Below are positions 35,941-45,034 of a stretch of DNA of 59,388 bases, piece after piece (within the stretch, counting starts at the first letter, position 1; every line of letters begins with the position of its first letter). Under the pieces are notes generated by a model. That model searched no databases and was not told the origin of the DNA. It saw only the letters and a list, made by a program, of their open reading frames with translations. The position numbers and the translations under genes were made by a program. Origin of the DNA: a virus (taxonomy: Duplodnaviria > Caudoviricetes); IMG/VR virus record IMGVR_UViG_3300014913_000015, positions 1 to 59,388 of that record. One strand, given 5' to 3'.

Positions 35941-36566
35941 TTCTTCTCCTCCACAATAGATTTTGGTTGTGGTTTCGGTAAACTGGTCTGTCCTAAAAGG
36001 ACAACAAGCTCGCCAATGTTTAACAAAATATCTTTTACATACGCAGTATTCTTCCCTCCAACGTATTTCCGTAAAGCCTTGGGTAGATCGTTATTTGCTT
36101 CCTTCAGACATGTTAAGAAGACGAAATAAGTACAGCGCACATTTATCACTGGATCGTAAAGATCTCTTACTTCTCGAATTAGGCCATTACGTTTCAATTT
36201 ATCAGCCCAAAATTTAGGATGAATCTGCCCCAACCCAATCGCTCCTGCCTTAGAGCGTACAAATGGATTGAAAGAACTTTCACGAGCTATTAAGGCCAAA
36301 AGAATGATAGGATATTCTGTCTTAAAACATTCTTGGGCGATCTCCTGAGCCATTGAACGCGGTAAACGAGTTGATTTTTTCATCATCCAGTCAATTACCT
36401 TAGAGGGAACAGTCACTTCCGTTTGAACAACTGTTGAAGGAACAGCAGAAGGAGTGACTTGTAAGGATTGTATAAACACGATGAATCCTATTACAATCAT
36501 TCCTATAACAATACCTGTTATAATTATGAACCACGGAGACAATATTGTAGTTCTTGGTTTCCTCAT
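35937..36566 (-). CDS. membrane-anchored lytic transglycosylase (SLT)
   Basis: RESSFNP..S.AGAIGLGQI and LYDPVIN motifs; N-terminal TM helix. Confidence 0.85.
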   Translation of the reverse strand: MRKPRTTILSPWFIIITGIVIGMIVIGFIVFIQSLQVTPSAVPSTVVQTEVTVPSKVIDWMMKKSTRLPRSMAQEIAQECFKTEYPIILLALIARESSFNPFVRSKAGAIGLGQIHPKFWADKLKRNGLIREVRDLYDPVINVRCTYFVFLTCLKEANNDLPKALRKYVGGKNTAYVKDILLNIGELVVLLGQTSLPKPQPKSIVEEKK

Positions 36567-36985
36567 TGCTTCCTCCTTTCATCTATATCTTCATAAAATT
36601 TGCGTAACAAACATACAGTATTATTCAATAAATATCCAAGTCCCTTAAATTCATCAAAATGACGGTAGATTATAGATTGCAAAACTGAGATTATGTACCA
36701 AACAATCCTCACATCTTTCTTGATGATTTCCAATTCTGACTGGAACCTAAGGCTAAAACGGATATAACTCAACAAAGATTTCACTTCCCACGCAAGAGAA
36801 GTATCTAATCCCAGTTTTTGGCGACATTCTTTCTTGTGAAAGGGGCATTCATAGATCTCCTTACAATTCTCAGCATGACAATACATAGCAAAGGCACGAC
36901 ACAAATGATTCAACTTCTCACAAACTTCTTCGTACTTTTCTGATGGATTTACCTTCAACACACTACCATTCTGGAGATCACCCAT
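36563..36985 (-). CDS. hypothetical Cys-containing protein
   Basis: 140 aa; translationally coupled. Confidence 0.55.
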   Translation of the reverse strand: MGDLQNGSVLKVNPSEKYEEVCEKLNHLCRAFAMYCHAENCKEIYECPFHKKECRQKLGLDTSLAWEVKSLLSYIRFSLRFQSELEIIKKDVRIVWYIISVLQSIIYRHFDEFKGLGYLLNNTVCLLRKFYEDIDERRKQ

Positions 36986-38021
36986 TATTCCCCTCCCTTA
37001 ATCTTATTCCCCCTTTCTCAATTAACTCCAGCACCTCCTTTTCTCGCATGGCCTTTTCTCCTTCAGGCAAGTAATACCAACCGCCTCTTTGAATCAACTT
37101 TCCCAATTCAACCAGTTTGGGAACAAGTCCAGAATACTTCGGAACTCCCTGTTCCCAGAACAACTCAATATGTGCTTCTTGGAAAGGAGCCGCCCATCGA
37201 GTCTTCAGGCAATGAGCGTGCAATTCAATCCCCACTACTTTACCTCCCTCCTTGATCGGAGATGGCTTTGTGAACTGGAGACGAACATTACTGGCAAAGT
37301 CAAAACCCTTTCCAGAACTTGTACTTTTCCCTGTCTGAGAGTAAATCACATGATTCACGACAAGCAAAAGATTCCCAGAAAGAATTACACTATTCACCGC
37401 TCGTATTCCCTGTCTTACTTCTTTTGCCCGTTGTCCTTGATCAACCATTGTAAAACCACGATCTGTCTCGGTCTCTCCTGCCAAATTGGCCAAAGAATCA
37501 ATTACAAACAATTTTCTCATCTTCTCGAATTCAGGGTAACGACAAATGGCAAGAATTCGCTGGAAGCATTCCCAAATAGTATAAGAAGAGGCAAAACCAC
37601 TCTGAGCGAGTTCATTGAATTTACTACGAGCGGAAGTATCCACTTGTTTTGCCAAGTTGGCAAATACTTCTTTGGTCAATTCTATTGCAATATCCTCATG
37701 CATTGATGTACAGATAAAGTTTGTAGCATTGATATCCACACCTATTTTCTCTGCAAATTCAGGGTTGATGCCTCCTTCAATATCATCATAGAAGATAAAG
37801 CCTTCATCTCCAAACTTCTTCTGAAAGGAAGCGACAGTCTGAAGAGCACAGAAGGTCTTCCCTGCCGCCTCATCTCCAGAGATTTCAGCAAAACTCCCCA
37901 GAGGCCATCCTCCACTTCCATCCATCTTTCCTGAAATGATATAATCCAAGACTAACGACCCAGTTGAAACAAATTCCCTTTTTACTAATTCCTTTTCTCT
38001 AAGTTTCTCCAAGATCCCCAT
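36978..38021 (-). CDS. recA: RecA/UvsX-like recombinase
   Basis: STGSLVLD, Walker A GDEAAGKT, VIDSLA, VNHV, SSGKGFDFASNVRL, APFQEA; ATG 38021 follows a GGAGGT RBS. Confidence 0.9.
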   Translation of the reverse strand: MGILEKLREKELVKREFVSTGSLVLDYIISGKMDGSGGWPLGSFAEISGDEAAGKTFCALQTVASFQKKFGDEGFIFYDDIEGGINPEFAEKIGVDINATNFICTSMHEDIAIELTKEVFANLAKQVDTSARSKFNELAQSGFASSYTIWECFQRILAICRYPEFEKMRKLFVIDSLANLAGETETDRGFTMVDQGQRAKEVRQGIRAVNSVILSGNLLLVVNHVIYSQTGKSTSSGKGFDFASNVRLQFTKPSPIKEGGKVVGIELHAHCLKTRWAAPFQEAHIELFWEQGVPKYSGLVPKLVELGKLIQRGGWYYLPEGEKAMREKEVLELIEKGGIRLREGNNG

Positions 38022-38412
38022 AATCAGTCTTACCTCCCTCTTGAAAAGACTCCTTAATTTCCTTTCCAAACAACTTGTTTATCAAGTGCTCCTTGTATTC
38101 CAAAGGAGCTGGCTCACGATGGATATCCTCATACTCTTCAATTTTCTTCCAGTAGTAATGAGTCTTGCCATGAGAATCGGGAAGATCATCCCATCTACGA
38201 CCAAATATATCCTCCTTCTTCAAATCCAGCTCAGTACCATCAGGCCTAACAATAGGTTTTTCTCTATCGCCTGATCGGAATCGAGCGAAGTTGCAACGAG
38301 TAAAGAGGCGTACCATCGGTTTTCCACAACAGTAGGGAATATCGGTTTCATTCCTCTGGAGATACTCAATTATTTTTCCACAATTCTCACAGAGGAAATC
38401 CCACAACTTCAT
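37999..38412 (-). CDS. FmdB-like zinc-ribbon protein
   Basis: WDFLCENCG...CCGKPMVRL. Confidence 0.65.
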   Translation of the reverse strand: MKLWDFLCENCGKIIEYLQRNETDIPYCCGKPMVRLFTRCNFARFRSGDREKPIVRPDGTELDLKKEDIFGRRWDDLPDSHGKTHYYWKKIEEYEDIHREPAPLEYKEHLINKLFGKEIKESFQEGGKTDYGDLGET

Positions 38413-38723
38413 TGCAGGATCTTCTCCTCCTTTCCTTCTTTCTTTTTCACCATCTTCCCCAAAATTGTCTCGACAACATCCCGTGCTCCTTCTGACCTAT
38501 ATACAACCTCCAGAATTCCAATTATCCGTCCCAATGAAAAGACAGCGAATGCCCGCTTTTTATCATCTTCAAAGAGATTCCAGAACTTTTCAATCAGCTC
38601 TGGATAGAATAAAGAACCTTTCTCAGCCTCACAAACCTGGTCAAGTTCGCTAATTATCAAATGAATATCTTCCCATTCCAAGCCGTAAATATCAAAAATA
38701 TTATCTCCTTTATTTAGTTTCAT
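38409..38723 (-). CDS. hypothetical protein (paralogue of 40311-40604)
   Basis: ELIEKFWNLF...LGRIIGIL. Confidence 0.6.
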   Translation of the reverse strand: MKLNKGDNIFDIYGLEWEDIHLIISELDQVCEAEKGSLFYPELIEKFWNLFEDDKKRAFAVFSLGRIIGILEVVYRSEGARDVVETILGKMVKKKEGKEEKILQ

Positions 38724-38967
38724 CTCTCATCTCCTTTTTCCATTTTTCTATAATTGCAAAAACGACTTTTTCAAAAGTTGCATCTTGAGATAAATCCAAT
38801 CCGATCCTTTGCTTTGCTCTCTCTCGCCACTGCGACATGGGAATTGTATCCCAGTCTTCGCCTATTGCCCAAGAAAAACATTCATCTACATCTTGAGTCG
38901 TTCTCAAACCTCCTGCCAAACACATGAGAATGAAAATTGAAAATGTTAATTGATCACGACGATTCAT
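38710..38967 (-). CDS. hypothetical protein
   Basis: 85-aa coupled ORF. Confidence 0.5.
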   Translation of the reverse strand: MNRRDQLTFSIFILMCLAGGLRTTQDVDECFSWAIGEDWDTIPMSQWRERAKQRIGLDLSQDATFEKVVFAIIEKWKKEMRDETK

Positions 38968-39779
38968 TTCCTTCTCCCTAACTTCTCGACTGCCTTCCGC
39001 AAATCGCCAAGATAGGCATGAAGATACTTCTCAGTAGTCCGAATACTAGAATGACCACATAACGCTTGAATAGTGGTTAATGAAACTCCCTCTCTTGCAA
39101 GAGAAGTTGCTGCCCAGTGACGAAAAGTATGAAATCCTACAGGAGGTACCCCCGCCTTTTCACAAGCTCGTTTTAAAGCATACCAGCGATAGCTCATTTT
39201 AGGACTTCCCCTCTGTCCAGCAAAAACGTATTCTGAGCGACGGGGGAGTTTCTTCAATGTTTCATACGCCTCATCATTTAAAGGAATGATCATGTTCTTA
39301 TAACCTCGTCCTCCTGTCTTACGAGTTCGCAAGAAGATAAGACGGTTCTCAAAATCAATATCCTCCCATTTTAGTTCAAGCAGCTCCCCTACTCGTGCTA
39401 AAGTTGATTTCAATACAATGAGTAATGGACGCAATTCCTGATCAGCATTATCAATGATTTTAAAAAGGTATTCGACAGGGGGAAGGGGGCGCTTCCCCCT
39501 GTCGTTAGGAAAGAGGGGAGGTGTGGAGATGAAGGAGGTAGAGAGTCCTCTTTTCTTTGCCCAGTTTTTAATAGCATTAAGAACTGTTAAATAACGATTT
39601 CGTGTGTAATTACTAATTGGTAAAGATAAAAGCACCTGTCGTACTTTTTCCTCTGGAAAAGTAGGATGAGTCTTCCAGAAATCAACATAATATTTCAATT
39701 GCCGGGCCCAACGTTCGGAGATATAAGGCAACCGTTCTTTATAATATTGGTCAAGCAACACCTCTTTTCTCATCTTCAT
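38964..39779 (-). CDS. tyrosine recombinase/integrase (short, no arm-binding domain)
   Basis: catalytic residues in ARVGEL, RKT, HTFRH, CGHSS, TEKY. Confidence 0.9.
   Translation of the reverse strand: MKMRKEVLLDQYYKERLPYISERWARQLKYYVDFWKTHPTFPEEKVRQVLLSLPISNYTRNRYLTVLNAIKNWAKKRGLSTSFISTPPLFPNDRGKRPLPPVEYLFKIIDNADQELRPLLIVLKSTLARVGELLELKWEDIDFENRLIFLRTRKTGGRGYKNMIIPLNDEAYETLKKLPRRSEYVFAGQRGSPKMSYRWYALKRACEKAGVPPVGFHTFRHWAATSLAREGVSLTTIQALCGHSSIRTTEKYLHAYLGDLRKAVEKLGRRK
39473..39504. repeat. perfect 13-bp inverted repeat with 6-bp spacer inside the recombinase gene
   Basis: CGACAGGGGGAAG-ggggcg-CTTCCCCCTGTCG. Confidence 0.85.
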
Positions 39780-39978
39780 CCTCCACTAACACTACTTCCA
39801 CCCAATCGGGCGGAGACTCATCAAAAGCTATCATAATTACTCCTTCTTCTGTAGGAATAAGAGAAGCATATGAAGCCAGATCAGTAATGATTTTTTTCGC
39901 TGTTAATTTAGCTTTCTGCTCGTCAAGCCATCCATCCTCTACCAAACTCTTTGCAATCACTTCTTCAGGATATAGCAT
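39751..39978 (-). CDS. hypothetical protein
   Basis: 75 aa; GGAGGAG RBS. Confidence 0.5.
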   Translation of the reverse strand: MLYPEEVIAKSLVEDGWLDEQKAKLTAKKIITDLASYASLIPTEEGVIMIAFDESPPDWVEVVLVEDEDEKRGVA

Positions 39979-40177
39979 CGCTCTCCTCCTCCTTTAGCAC
40001 TTTTCTACGAGTTAGTTTTCTCACCTCCTTGAAATCCTTCAATACTGAACAATGCTGTTTTTGACGACACGAAAGACAATAGAATAATGTATGATAACCT
40101 GCATTTGGACACCAAATTATACGACTCAACCATCGGTACTCCTCCTTCAGATCCTCCGTCTGAGCTAACCTTCCCAC
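39965..40177 (-). CDS. hypothetical Cys-rich protein
   Basis: CP...CLSCRQKQHC. Confidence 0.5.
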   Translation of the reverse strand: MGRLAQTEDLKEEYRWLSRIIWCPNAGYHTLFYCLSCRQKQHCSVLKDFKEVRKLTRRKVLKEEESDAIS

Positions 40178-40314
40178 CTCTTACATCCCGGGCGATTAGC
40201 TAACATTAACAAATAACACCAAGTGACCAATTCATTAGTACAGTACCCAACCTCAAGTCCTTCTTTGATTACTATAAGAGGACGCCACCATCGACAATAT
40301 CGACACTTTCTCAT
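40165..40314 (-). CDS. small Cys-rich protein (49 aa, not in ORF track)
   Basis: MRKCRYCRWW...GYC...GCKRWEG; ATGA overlap with the upstream gene; GGGGGAG RBS. Confidence 0.55.
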   Translation of the reverse strand: MRKCRYCRWWRPLIVIKEGLEVGYCTNELVTWCYLLMLANRPGCKRWEG

Positions 40315-40604
40315 TGTATCTCCCCCGTATGCATATTATTGAATAAGATATCCTCAATTTGAAGAGCATCAAGAATCATTCCCACTACCCGCCCGAGATA
40401 AAGAATTGTGTATAAACTCTTCTCCACACTATCAAACATCTCCCACAACTCTTCCACCACCTCAGAAACCGCCTTCGTGCCACGCTTCCCCTCCAATACT
40501 TCTCTCAAATAATCATGAAAGCGCTGGAGGTCCTGATCAGTTAGGCCAAAAGCGTTAGAAACACTGACTTCACTATGATTCAGTTTAAGTTTTTCTTTCT
40601 TCAT
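40311..40604 (-). CDS. hypothetical protein (paralogue of 38409-38723)
   Basis: EVVEELWEMF...LGRVVGMIL. Confidence 0.6.
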   Translation of the reverse strand: MKKEKLKLNHSEVSVSNAFGLTDQDLQRFHDYLREVLEGKRGTKAVSEVVEELWEMFDSVEKSLYTILYLGRVVGMILDALQIEDILFNNMHTGEIQ

Positions 40605-40611
40605 CTCTTAT

Positions 40612-40863
40612 CTACCAGCAATAACATTGCCCTCCCCAACATTGAGGAGTACAAGTACCGATTAAACGACCATTTTTGTAGATATAACAAATATTGGAGA
40701 ACGTATCACACTGAATCTCAATAAAAGGTGAAGGAGCTGTAGTAGGAGTGGAAGAACCCAATCCCATCAGGAACCCTCGCAGAAATTCATTAGTCAATTC
40801 ACGGTTGTTGGTACAACCCATTAGGAAACCAATAATTAACAGAACTATTAATATCTTCTTCAT
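40612..40863 (-). CDS. small lipoprotein
   Basis: MKK + hydrophobic core + LMGC lipobox; Cys-rich C-terminus; AAGGAGG RBS. Confidence 0.75.
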   Translation of the reverse strand: MKKILIVLLIIGFLMGCTNNRELTNEFLRGFLMGLGSSTPTTAPSPFIEIQCDTFSNICYIYKNGRLIGTCTPQCWGGQCYCW

Positions 40864-40893
40864 TTTTACCCTCCTTTATCTTTTTGCGCCAGT

Positions 40894-40922
40894 ATTATAG
40901 CACAAAATACAAACCTTGTCAA
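40894..40922 (-). promoter_or_regulatory. consensus sigma70 promoter upstream of the lipoprotein gene
   Basis: minus strand TTGACA, 17-nt spacer, TATAAT with the TG extension. Confidence 0.85.
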
Positions 40923-41098
40923 GCCTGCTCATCATCTTTCCCCAGCATCCCCCATAGACTCCACAACTCCTTGGGAGGAACGAACTTCCCTACTTCTCGC
41001 ACTTCCCATGAAGCACAGCGAGGACATTGAACATGTTCATATTTGCTTACCCAGCGAAAACCACATTTCTCACACTGAAGAGTGTAGATCGCCTGCAT
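40919..41098 (-). CDS. zinc-ribbon protein (59 aa, not in ORF track)
   Basis: CEKCGFRW...CPRCAS; GAGGTG RBS. Confidence 0.65.
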   Translation of the reverse strand: MQAIYTLQCEKCGFRWVSKYEHVQCPRCASWEVREVGKFVPPKELWSLWGMLGKDDEQA

Positions 41099-41099
41099 T

Positions 41100-41429
41100 T
41101 TACACCTCTGCTTGCTCCTTTTCTTTCTCCTGCAAGATAATGATGGCCGCAGCTAAATAAACAATACAATCCAACAACTCCGCAATTTGTGCTTCATATG
41201 TTGCCAGCCGACCAATTTCACAAACTTTTTTAATAACCTGACCAAGGTTGAATCCTAACCCTACTTTACGAGGAATCCAACAGATTAATTGCTGATCAAA
41301 AGGTTCTCCATCAGCATGACGTTGCCGCCCTTTACCTAATTGTGCGCGATTCAGAGCCTGTTCCAGAACCTTCATCAATGGCTGGTAACCTTCACAAACC
41401 TTTGTTTGCCAAAGATAATATCTAGTCAT
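41100..41429 (-). CDS. phage hypothetical protein
   Basis: KGRQRH..GEPFDQQ...GQVIKK..E pattern; adjacent to the RNR gene. Confidence 0.6.
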   Translation of the reverse strand: MTRYYLWQTKVCEGYQPLMKVLEQALNRAQLGKGRQRHADGEPFDQQLICWIPRKVGLGFNLGQVIKKVCEIGRLATYEAQIAELLDCIVYLAAAIIILQEKEKEQAEV

Positions 41430-41441
41430 CTCAATTTCTCC

Positions 41442-43163
41442 TTACAATTCGCAAACTCCAGAACGACACTGGATCGTCTCCTCGTCCGCCCGCTCATCCG
41501 CTTGCTCCAAAAATTCTCTTGCTTCCTTTTCCGAAACATGATAGAGAACTTGTTCTGGACGACATCGATCGCGATAAACCGTTATACCTTTAAGATCGAA
41601 GAAATATTCAAGGAATAATTCTGAAAGCTCCTCAACTGTTGTCGTTGCAGGAAGATTCAAAGTCTTAGATATAGAACCATCTACGTATTTCTGAATTGTT
41701 ACTTGCACCTCTAAATGCTCTCTGGGAGAAATATCATAAGTATCAACGAACCAGTCAGGAATTTCGCCTTCTTGAAGAAACTTCTTGTACAATGGATGAA
41801 TGTATACACGTGCGCCAATTCGATCTTCCCGTCGGTATGCTTTTGCGAATAGAGGTTCTACGCCTGATGTAACGTCCGCTAAAAGAGATATTGTTCCAGT
41901 TGGAGCACAAGCCATGAGAGTAACATTGCGTATTGAGTATTTTTTAATATCCATCCGCAATGATGGCGGTAACTTTCTAATGAAAGAAGCTTTCAAATAC
42001 TCAAAACGATCAAATTTCGGAAAGGGAACTTTCTCCTGTGCAAGAGCAATAGATGCTTGGTAAGCAGTATCACGTATGAATCGAAAGAGACGACTAACCT
42101 CTTCAACGCTTCGCTCCGATCCATAACGAATCTGTTTAGCGAATAAATAATCAGCTAATCCCATTACTCCCAACCCAATACGTCGTCCTTGCTTCGATAC
42201 TTCCTCGATTTGAGGAAGAAAGTAATAGTTGACATCAATAACATTATCTAAAAATCTTACAGCCGTCCAGATAACCTCCTCCATCTTCTTCCAGTTTGTC
42301 TGGGTTCCTTGCACAAAACGAGGAAGAACTAACGCACCCAAACAACACCCCTCAAAAGCAGAAAGAGGTAATTCCCCACAAAGATTACACCCCGCAATTG
42401 GGGCAAAATAATAGGAGTTGTTCTTACGAATATTGGTATAATTTATGAGTCCCGGTTCCGCCGATTGAAGCATATTATCCAAAATCTTATTCCATAATTC
42501 TCTTGCTGGAAGACGAAGATACTCTTTTCCTCCAAATTCCAGAATCCACTCTTCATCTTGATCTACCGCTTCGAGAAATTCATAAGTAACGCCTACTGAT
42601 ATATTATGAGCTGATAACTCTCCATGTTTTACTTTCGCTTCAATAAAATCCAATACCTCTGGATGTTGGGCTGAAACAATAGCCAAAGCTCCTGACCGTC
42701 GTGATCCTCCAGTTTCAATCGTTTGTCCAATGTAATCTAAAGAGCGAATAAAGGAAACAAGGCCACTTGATTTCCCTCCTTTACTTAGAAGAGGTGCTCC
42801 TTTCGGTCGTAAATTAGACCAATCAATCCCAATCCCCCCACCATAGGACCAACAGATAAGAGCATTTTTCATTGTCTCACCAATCGATTCAATATTATCT
42901 TCAACTGGAGGTAAAGTAAAACAATTGAATAAGTTGAGACGTTTTGATCGTCCTGCATTTCGGAGAATTCTACCTCCAGGAAGGAAATACTGTTCTGCAA
43001 TTATTTCAGCAAACTTTTCAGTCCATCTCTCTATCTTTTCTTTATCAGCTTCAGCTTTTGCCACTGCCTGCGCTACCCGAAGGGCAGCTTCCTCCCATGT
43101 CTCCTTTTCATGTAAGGCATAACGATCGTAAAAAACAAGTTCAGCATTAGGACTCAATTTCAT
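41442..43163 (-). CDS. nrdJ: class II (adenosylcobalamin-dependent) ribonucleotide reductase
   Basis: FLPGGR, NCF, GGSRRSG, NLCGE, RRIGLGVMG, APTGTIS, ISKT, C-terminal CxxxxC; no beta-subunit gene seen. Confidence 0.88.
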   Translation of the reverse strand: MKLSPNAELVFYDRYALHEKETWEEAALRVAQAVAKAEADKEKIERWTEKFAEIIAEQYFLPGGRILRNAGRSKRLNLFNCFTLPPVEDNIESIGETMKNALICWSYGGGIGIDWSNLRPKGAPLLSKGGKSSGLVSFIRSLDYIGQTIETGGSRRSGALAIVSAQHPEVLDFIEAKVKHGELSAHNISVGVTYEFLEAVDQDEEWILEFGGKEYLRLPARELWNKILDNMLQSAEPGLINYTNIRKNNSYYFAPIAGCNLCGELPLSAFEGCCLGALVLPRFVQGTQTNWKKMEEVIWTAVRFLDNVIDVNYYFLPQIEEVSKQGRRIGLGVMGLADYLFAKQIRYGSERSVEEVSRLFRFIRDTAYQASIALAQEKVPFPKFDRFEYLKASFIRKLPPSLRMDIKKYSIRNVTLMACAPTGTISLLADVTSGVEPLFAKAYRREDRIGARVYIHPLYKKFLQEGEIPDWFVDTYDISPREHLEVQVTIQKYVDGSISKTLNLPATTTVEELSELFLEYFFDLKGITVYRDRCRPEQVLYHVSEKEAREFLEQADERADEETIQCRSGVCEL

Positions 43164-43405
43164 TCGTCTTCGCCTCCTTTTGTTAACTTCTCTAATCTCT
43201 GCTCAATCTTTTCTATTCTGTCTGCAATTGCCTCCAAAATCGGTAATGCCCAAAGAACTAAATCAATCTCGGAAGGAATCAAAGTTCCTAATCTCTCAGC
43301 CAACTTTTCAGCCTTCTCCTTTGTATGAGGATCAACCCAAAACATTTTACATCTTAACAAACCATTCCAGCCATTATTGATGGAGAAATATAAACAATCC
43401 GCCAC
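43160..43405 (-). CDS. hypothetical protein
   Basis: coupled ORF; start uncertain. Confidence 0.5.
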   Translation of the reverse strand: MADCLYFSINNGWNGLLRCKMFWVDPHTKEKAEKLAERLGTLIPSEIDLVLWALPILEAIADRIEKIEQRLEKLTKGGEDE

Positions 43406-43935
43406 CCGCCTTTACTCCGGCAATAATCATCAATATCATCCGTTGTCACGTCATGCCAGCTCTCCTTTCCAAAAGTCTCCCCTACTGCATCCCAGTAAAC
43501 CTTGGCGACAAGCGAGCAGCAAATCTCCCTTCTCGGTAACTGAATCCACCGTTGGAGCCATACAAAACCTGTCAACCATGTGAAAAGTTTACCCAATATT
43601 AGAACCCAATCATACTTTCGACCAATATGTTTAAGTGCTTCTCGTGCAATACGATTCCGCTCTTTTTCAGTCAGTTTTGTATTTCTGAAAACGATGGATG
43701 GTTTATCAAGAATCTGTCTTTGAACACTGGCAATTCGTACTTTCCATTGTTGCTCAACAACAGCATTTTTATTTAGTATGATCCCAGCATGATAGAAGAC
43801 TACTGGATCAGGTCGCCAGCCGAAAAGACGGCCAAACAAGAAATGCCATATGGTAGGGTATTTCATTACAAATTTCACTACCTTTGCAGCGAAAATATCA
43901 TAGTCATTCAGGAAGATATCGCCTGGTAGGAACAT
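43354..43935 (-). CDS. permuted papain-like (YiiX/YebB, NlpC/P60) amidase
   Basis: PGDIFL, YHAGI, IGRKYDW, ICCSLV (His before Cys); ATG 43935 follows AGGAGGTG. Confidence 0.75.
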   Translation of the reverse strand: MFLPGDIFLNDYDIFAAKVVKFVMKYPTIWHFLFGRLFGWRPDPVVFYHAGIILNKNAVVEQQWKVRIASVQRQILDKPSIVFRNTKLTEKERNRIAREALKHIGRKYDWVLILGKLFTWLTGFVWLQRWIQLPRREICCSLVAKVYWDAVGETFGKESWHDVTTDDIDDYCRSKGGWRIVYISPSIMAGMVC

Positions 43936-43948
43936 TAAATTCACCTCC

Positions 43949-44218
43949 TTATTCCGTTGGTGCAGCAAACTTAGGTATAGCACCTTTATCTACCGTGAAA
44001 TATCCTTCTGTAAAAATCTCATGGATAATAGCTCCTCCTAAAAACTTTGACAATTCATCTTTTCGTACCTACTTTCTTTCAATTTTTCCCTCATTCGGAA
44101 CAATCCAGATCAAAGCGCGATCTGGCGTAGCAATAGCACTAATTCCAAATTCAAAAAGCTTGCCTTCTTTCTCAACCAAAAAACGCTCTCCTACTGGAAT
44201 TGGTGTTCCTACAACCAT
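43949..44218 (-). pseudogene. 89-codon gene interrupted by an in-frame TAG (paralogue of 46976-47206 and 48592-48873)
   Basis: GGAGG RBS; MVVGTPIPVGERFLVE...IERK*VRKDELSKFL...PTE; TAG at 44069-44071. Confidence 0.6.
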
Positions 44219-44219
44219 C

Positions 44220-44330
44220 TTATCTTCCTCCTTTCTGTTTTATTTTCCAGATTAAACGTATCAATAGTTTAATCCAAATATCAATAGCACAGATCGCTAG
44301 ACCAATCACTATAAGAAAAACAGCTTCCAC
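44220..44330 (-). CDS. small TM peptide (36 aa)
   Basis: GTG start, hydrophobic core, basic tail; fills the gap in the operon. Confidence 0.35.
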   Translation of the reverse strand: MEAVFLIVIGLAICAIDIWIKLLIRLIWKIKQKGGR

Positions 44331-44332
44331 GT

Positions 44333-44524
44333 TTATAAGTCATATTTGAAACGCAATGTAACAAACACTATTGAAAAGAAAAGCCATAGAAAGAATAGCA
44401 TTTCTGGAGTTAGAAAAACTCCAAAAAGGTGTTTTGCGAGTCCTTTCAGTCCAAAGACAACAAGAATATATGCCCAAATAAAATCAACAATCACTTTTGC
44501 AAGGAAAAATAAAACATCACGCAT
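44333..44524 (-). CDS. small 2-TM membrane protein
   Basis: hydrophobic; similar to the adjacent upstream gene (FGV.LT....FFLW). Confidence 0.6.
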   Translation of the reverse strand: MRDVLFFLAKVIVDFIWAYILVVFGLKGLAKHLFGVFLTPEMLFFLWLFFSIVFVTLRFKYDL

Positions 44525-44540
44525 CCTTTTCCCTCCTTTT

Positions 44541-44759
44541 TCATTCTTCTGACCGAAACTTGAGTTTAATCAAAGGAGCTACCACTAGAAGAAAAACCCA
44601 TAAGAAAAATACTTCCTTTACAGTTAAACATACCCCAAAGAAATATTCCGCAACATAGAAAAATCCCAATGCAAGTAAATAAGCAAAAACAAGATTAATA
44701 CCCAGCGCCAAAAGAAAAACCAAAATAACCTTCATTCTCCTCCCTCCTTCAAACGCCAC
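44541..44759 (-). CDS. small 2-TM membrane protein
   Basis: hydrophobic; FGVCLTVKEVFFLW; true start probably at MKVILV. Confidence 0.6.
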   Translation of the reverse strand: MAFEGGRRMKVILVFLLALGINLVFAYLLALGFFYVAEYFFGVCLTVKEVFFLWVFLLVVAPLIKLKFRSEE

Positions 44760-45034
44760 CCATAATTTGCTGTAAACATCTCAGCAAAACGCTGTAAATA
44801 CTTTCTCCGAGAAGTTGGATACCTCATCAGATCTTTTCGCAACTGTGTATCTGAAACTAACTCCTTTGTCAACCATTTCACAAAATCTTCCTCTTCCTCC
44901 AACGTCCACTCATACCTGTAAAACCATTCTGGATCAGAAAAATCCAGATCTTCATAACGTGCCCCGACCCTGCGGCACATCTCCCGTAGCACTTTTTCCA
45001 AACCTTGACTAAATTTTTTCTGTTCCTTATTCAT
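44732..45034 (-). CDS. hypothetical protein
   Basis: MNKEQ... start after a GGAGG RBS; W/Y-rich. Confidence 0.6.
   Translation of the reverse strand: MNKEQKKFSQGLEKVLREMCRRVGARYEDLDFSDPEWFYRYEWTLEEEEDFVKWLTKELVSDTQLRKDLMRYPTSRRKYLQRFAEMFTANYGWRLKEGGE

Noticed and set aside
43884-44255. 123-aa plus-strand ORF from the track
   Set aside because: It is the antisense shadow of the amber-interrupted minus-strand gene, in an arm that is otherwise all minus strand
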